DNA from: a virus
Lineage: Duplodnaviria; Caudoviricetes
IMG/VR virus record: IMGVR_UViG_2695420662_000003
Location: 32,001 to 96,000 of that record
Reading direction: 5' to 3' (one strand)
DNA: 64,000 nt
The position numbers and the translations under genes were made by a program. The number at the start of each line of letters is the position of its first letter. Position 1 is the first letter of the stretch. Below, piece after piece: positions 62,517-64,000 of this stretch. The notes under the pieces were generated by a model. The model was not told the origin of the DNA, made no database searches, and was given only the letters and a program-made list of their open reading frames with translations.

Positions 62517-63947
62517 ATGAGTGAACAGGAAACAAATCTTGAACAAAAGAAGTTTCAACAACATAAAAGATTTGCCAGTGACAGTGTAAGTGGAAATGTC
62601 AATACTTATTATAAGAGTAAATCACATGATTTAGATAGGATAAGTAAGGCTTTAGAAGATCCAGTTAAAAATCAAAAAACACTACAAGAAGTTTCAGAAT
62701 ACATATATCATGTGGGCGGTGTATATCAAAGAATAATAATGGATACTGCATTTATGCCTGAATATGATTCTATGCTTACTCCTAAGGGTGTAAATAAAGT
62801 TAAACCTGAGACAAGAAAGAGAACTTATCTTGAAGCAGCAATGATTATAGATAAGATAAATCCGAAACATACTCTTAAGAGATTTGGGTTGAAACTTCTT
62901 AGATTTGGTGAATTGTACATATATGAAATAGAAGATGAAGATACGATAGTATATAAAGAAATGCCAGTTGATATATGTAAAATAACATCTATCGAAAATG
63001 GTTTATGTAAGTATGCTATTAACTTAGATAGTTTAAAAAATAAAAATCTATTGGCGACCATGCCAAAAGAGATAAAAAAGATATATGAAAAATATCAAAA
63101 TAAGACTATTAGAGAAGATAAGCTTATAGATAAAAAATGGTATGAATTAGATAAAAATGCTTTTGCTTTTAATTTTATAGATCCATTTTTACCTAAAGGG
63201 TATCCACCATTAAGTTACTTATTTAAAGGCGTATCGGCATTAGATAGAATGACAAATAAATTACTATCTGATGAAGAAATTGAAATGCTTAAGATAATTC
63301 ATAATAAAATACCTTTGGATGATGATGGTGAATTTTTAATAGATCCTGAAATAGTGTCTAAATATCATTATTCAACGAAAGAAAATTTACCAGAGAATGT
63401 AACTATAACAACTAATCCATTTGAGATGAAAATGCATTCTTTCCAGGGTAATAATAAACAAACGAATTATAGACAAGAGGCGTTAGATAATGTATATCAA
63501 ACCGCAGGTTTTTCAAAAGAAAAATTTAGTGGAGAGAGAAATTCTAATCAAGCGATAAAAGTTAGTACAATGGCAGACGAAATGGTTGCACTTCAATTAG
63601 TTAGAATATTTGAACCTTATTTAAATTACAAGTTAAGACAAAATAAAAAAGCATCTAATTGGAGAGTAAAGATACTAGACAATACATATTACAATAAGTC
63701 AGATTATTTTAGAGACTGTAAAGAGGCGGCAAGTAGTGGTAGTTCAAGATTTAAATTTATGGCTAGTTGTGGCTTGTCACCATATGAGGCGGTTATGCTA
63801 AGACAAGTCGAAGAAGAAATCGGGATAGATGAATTAATGACACCATTATTGAACGGGCAAAACAGTAGTGCTAAATTAATTGAAGATAAAAAGAACGGTA
63901 GACCTAGTGCTGAAGAAAGCGGGGATGTACCGGAAAGTGAGGAGTAA
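62517..63947 (+). CDS. Portal protein (SPbeta-like)
   Basis: 476 aa directly after terL; S.Y.Y...GVYQRII, G.PP, KII...IP, L.P...(S/Q)..S, GRP motifs. Confidence 0.8.
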   Translation: MSEQETNLEQKKFQQHKRFASDSVSGNVNTYYKSKSHDLDRISKALEDPVKNQKTLQEVSEYIYHVGGVYQRIIMDTAFMPEYDSMLTPKGVNKVKPETRKRTYLEAAMIIDKINPKHTLKRFGLKLLRFGELYIYEIEDEDTIVYKEMPVDICKITSIENGLCKYAINLDSLKNKNLLATMPKEIKKIYEKYQNKTIREDKLIDKKWYELDKNAFAFNFIDPFLPKGYPPLSYLFKGVSALDRMTNKLLSDEEIEMLKIIHNKIPLDDDGEFLIDPEIVSKYHYSTKENLPENVTITTNPFEMKMHSFQGNNKQTNYRQEALDNVYQTAGFSKEKFSGERNSNQAIKVSTMADEMVALQLVRIFEPYLNYKLRQNKKASNWRVKILDNTYYNKSDYFRDCKEAASSGSSRFKFMASCGLSPYEAVMLRQVEEEIGIDELMTPLLNGQNSSAKLIEDKKNGRPSAEESGDVPESEE

Positions 63948-64000
63948 ATGTTAGTTTATACTTTTGATAAGGATAAAAGAGATGAACTAATTAACCTTGA

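Noticed and set aside
1194-63061. Many short antisense ORFs in the ORF track (e.g. 1194, 2122, 5681, 9693, 15564, 38805, 44790, 51448, 56240, 57734, 62825)
   Set aside because: Shadow frames opposite well-supported genes, no RBS, F/S/I/L-rich composition

Overview
Very AT-rich 64-kb segment of a large temperate Firmicutes (Clostridium-like) siphophage with SPbeta/c-st-type gene order, probably a phage-plasmid. Left arm (minus strand): replication operon (dNMP kinase, DnaE, PD-(D/E)XK nuclease, primase, HNH-AP2, DnaB helicase, AAA recombinase, SSB-like), then an 18-kb array of small co-oriented accessory genes that includes thyX and folD. Middle: ParB-like gene, Rep_3 initiator with 7 iterons, tyrosine recombinase, secreted HExxH protease, orphan MazF, XRE regulator, TnpB, helicase-like gene, Replic_Relax and FtsK genes. 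Right arm (plus strand): glucosaminidase, second Rep-like gene, late regulator, large structured non-coding region, HU, small terminase, large terminase split by a group I intron with a homing endonuclease, and portal. Main finding: about 29 copies of an 18-bp palindromic site (WTRAAA-N6-TTTYAT, variable 6-bp spacer) at gene junctions that partition the accessory region, including an HNH gene and the TnpB, into integron-like cassettes. Other signals: a UACAU-containing leader motif next to an orphan MazF, a 12-copy promoter operator, and several candidate structured RNAs. All motif counts come from manual reading and all family calls from motif recognition; no database searches were run.
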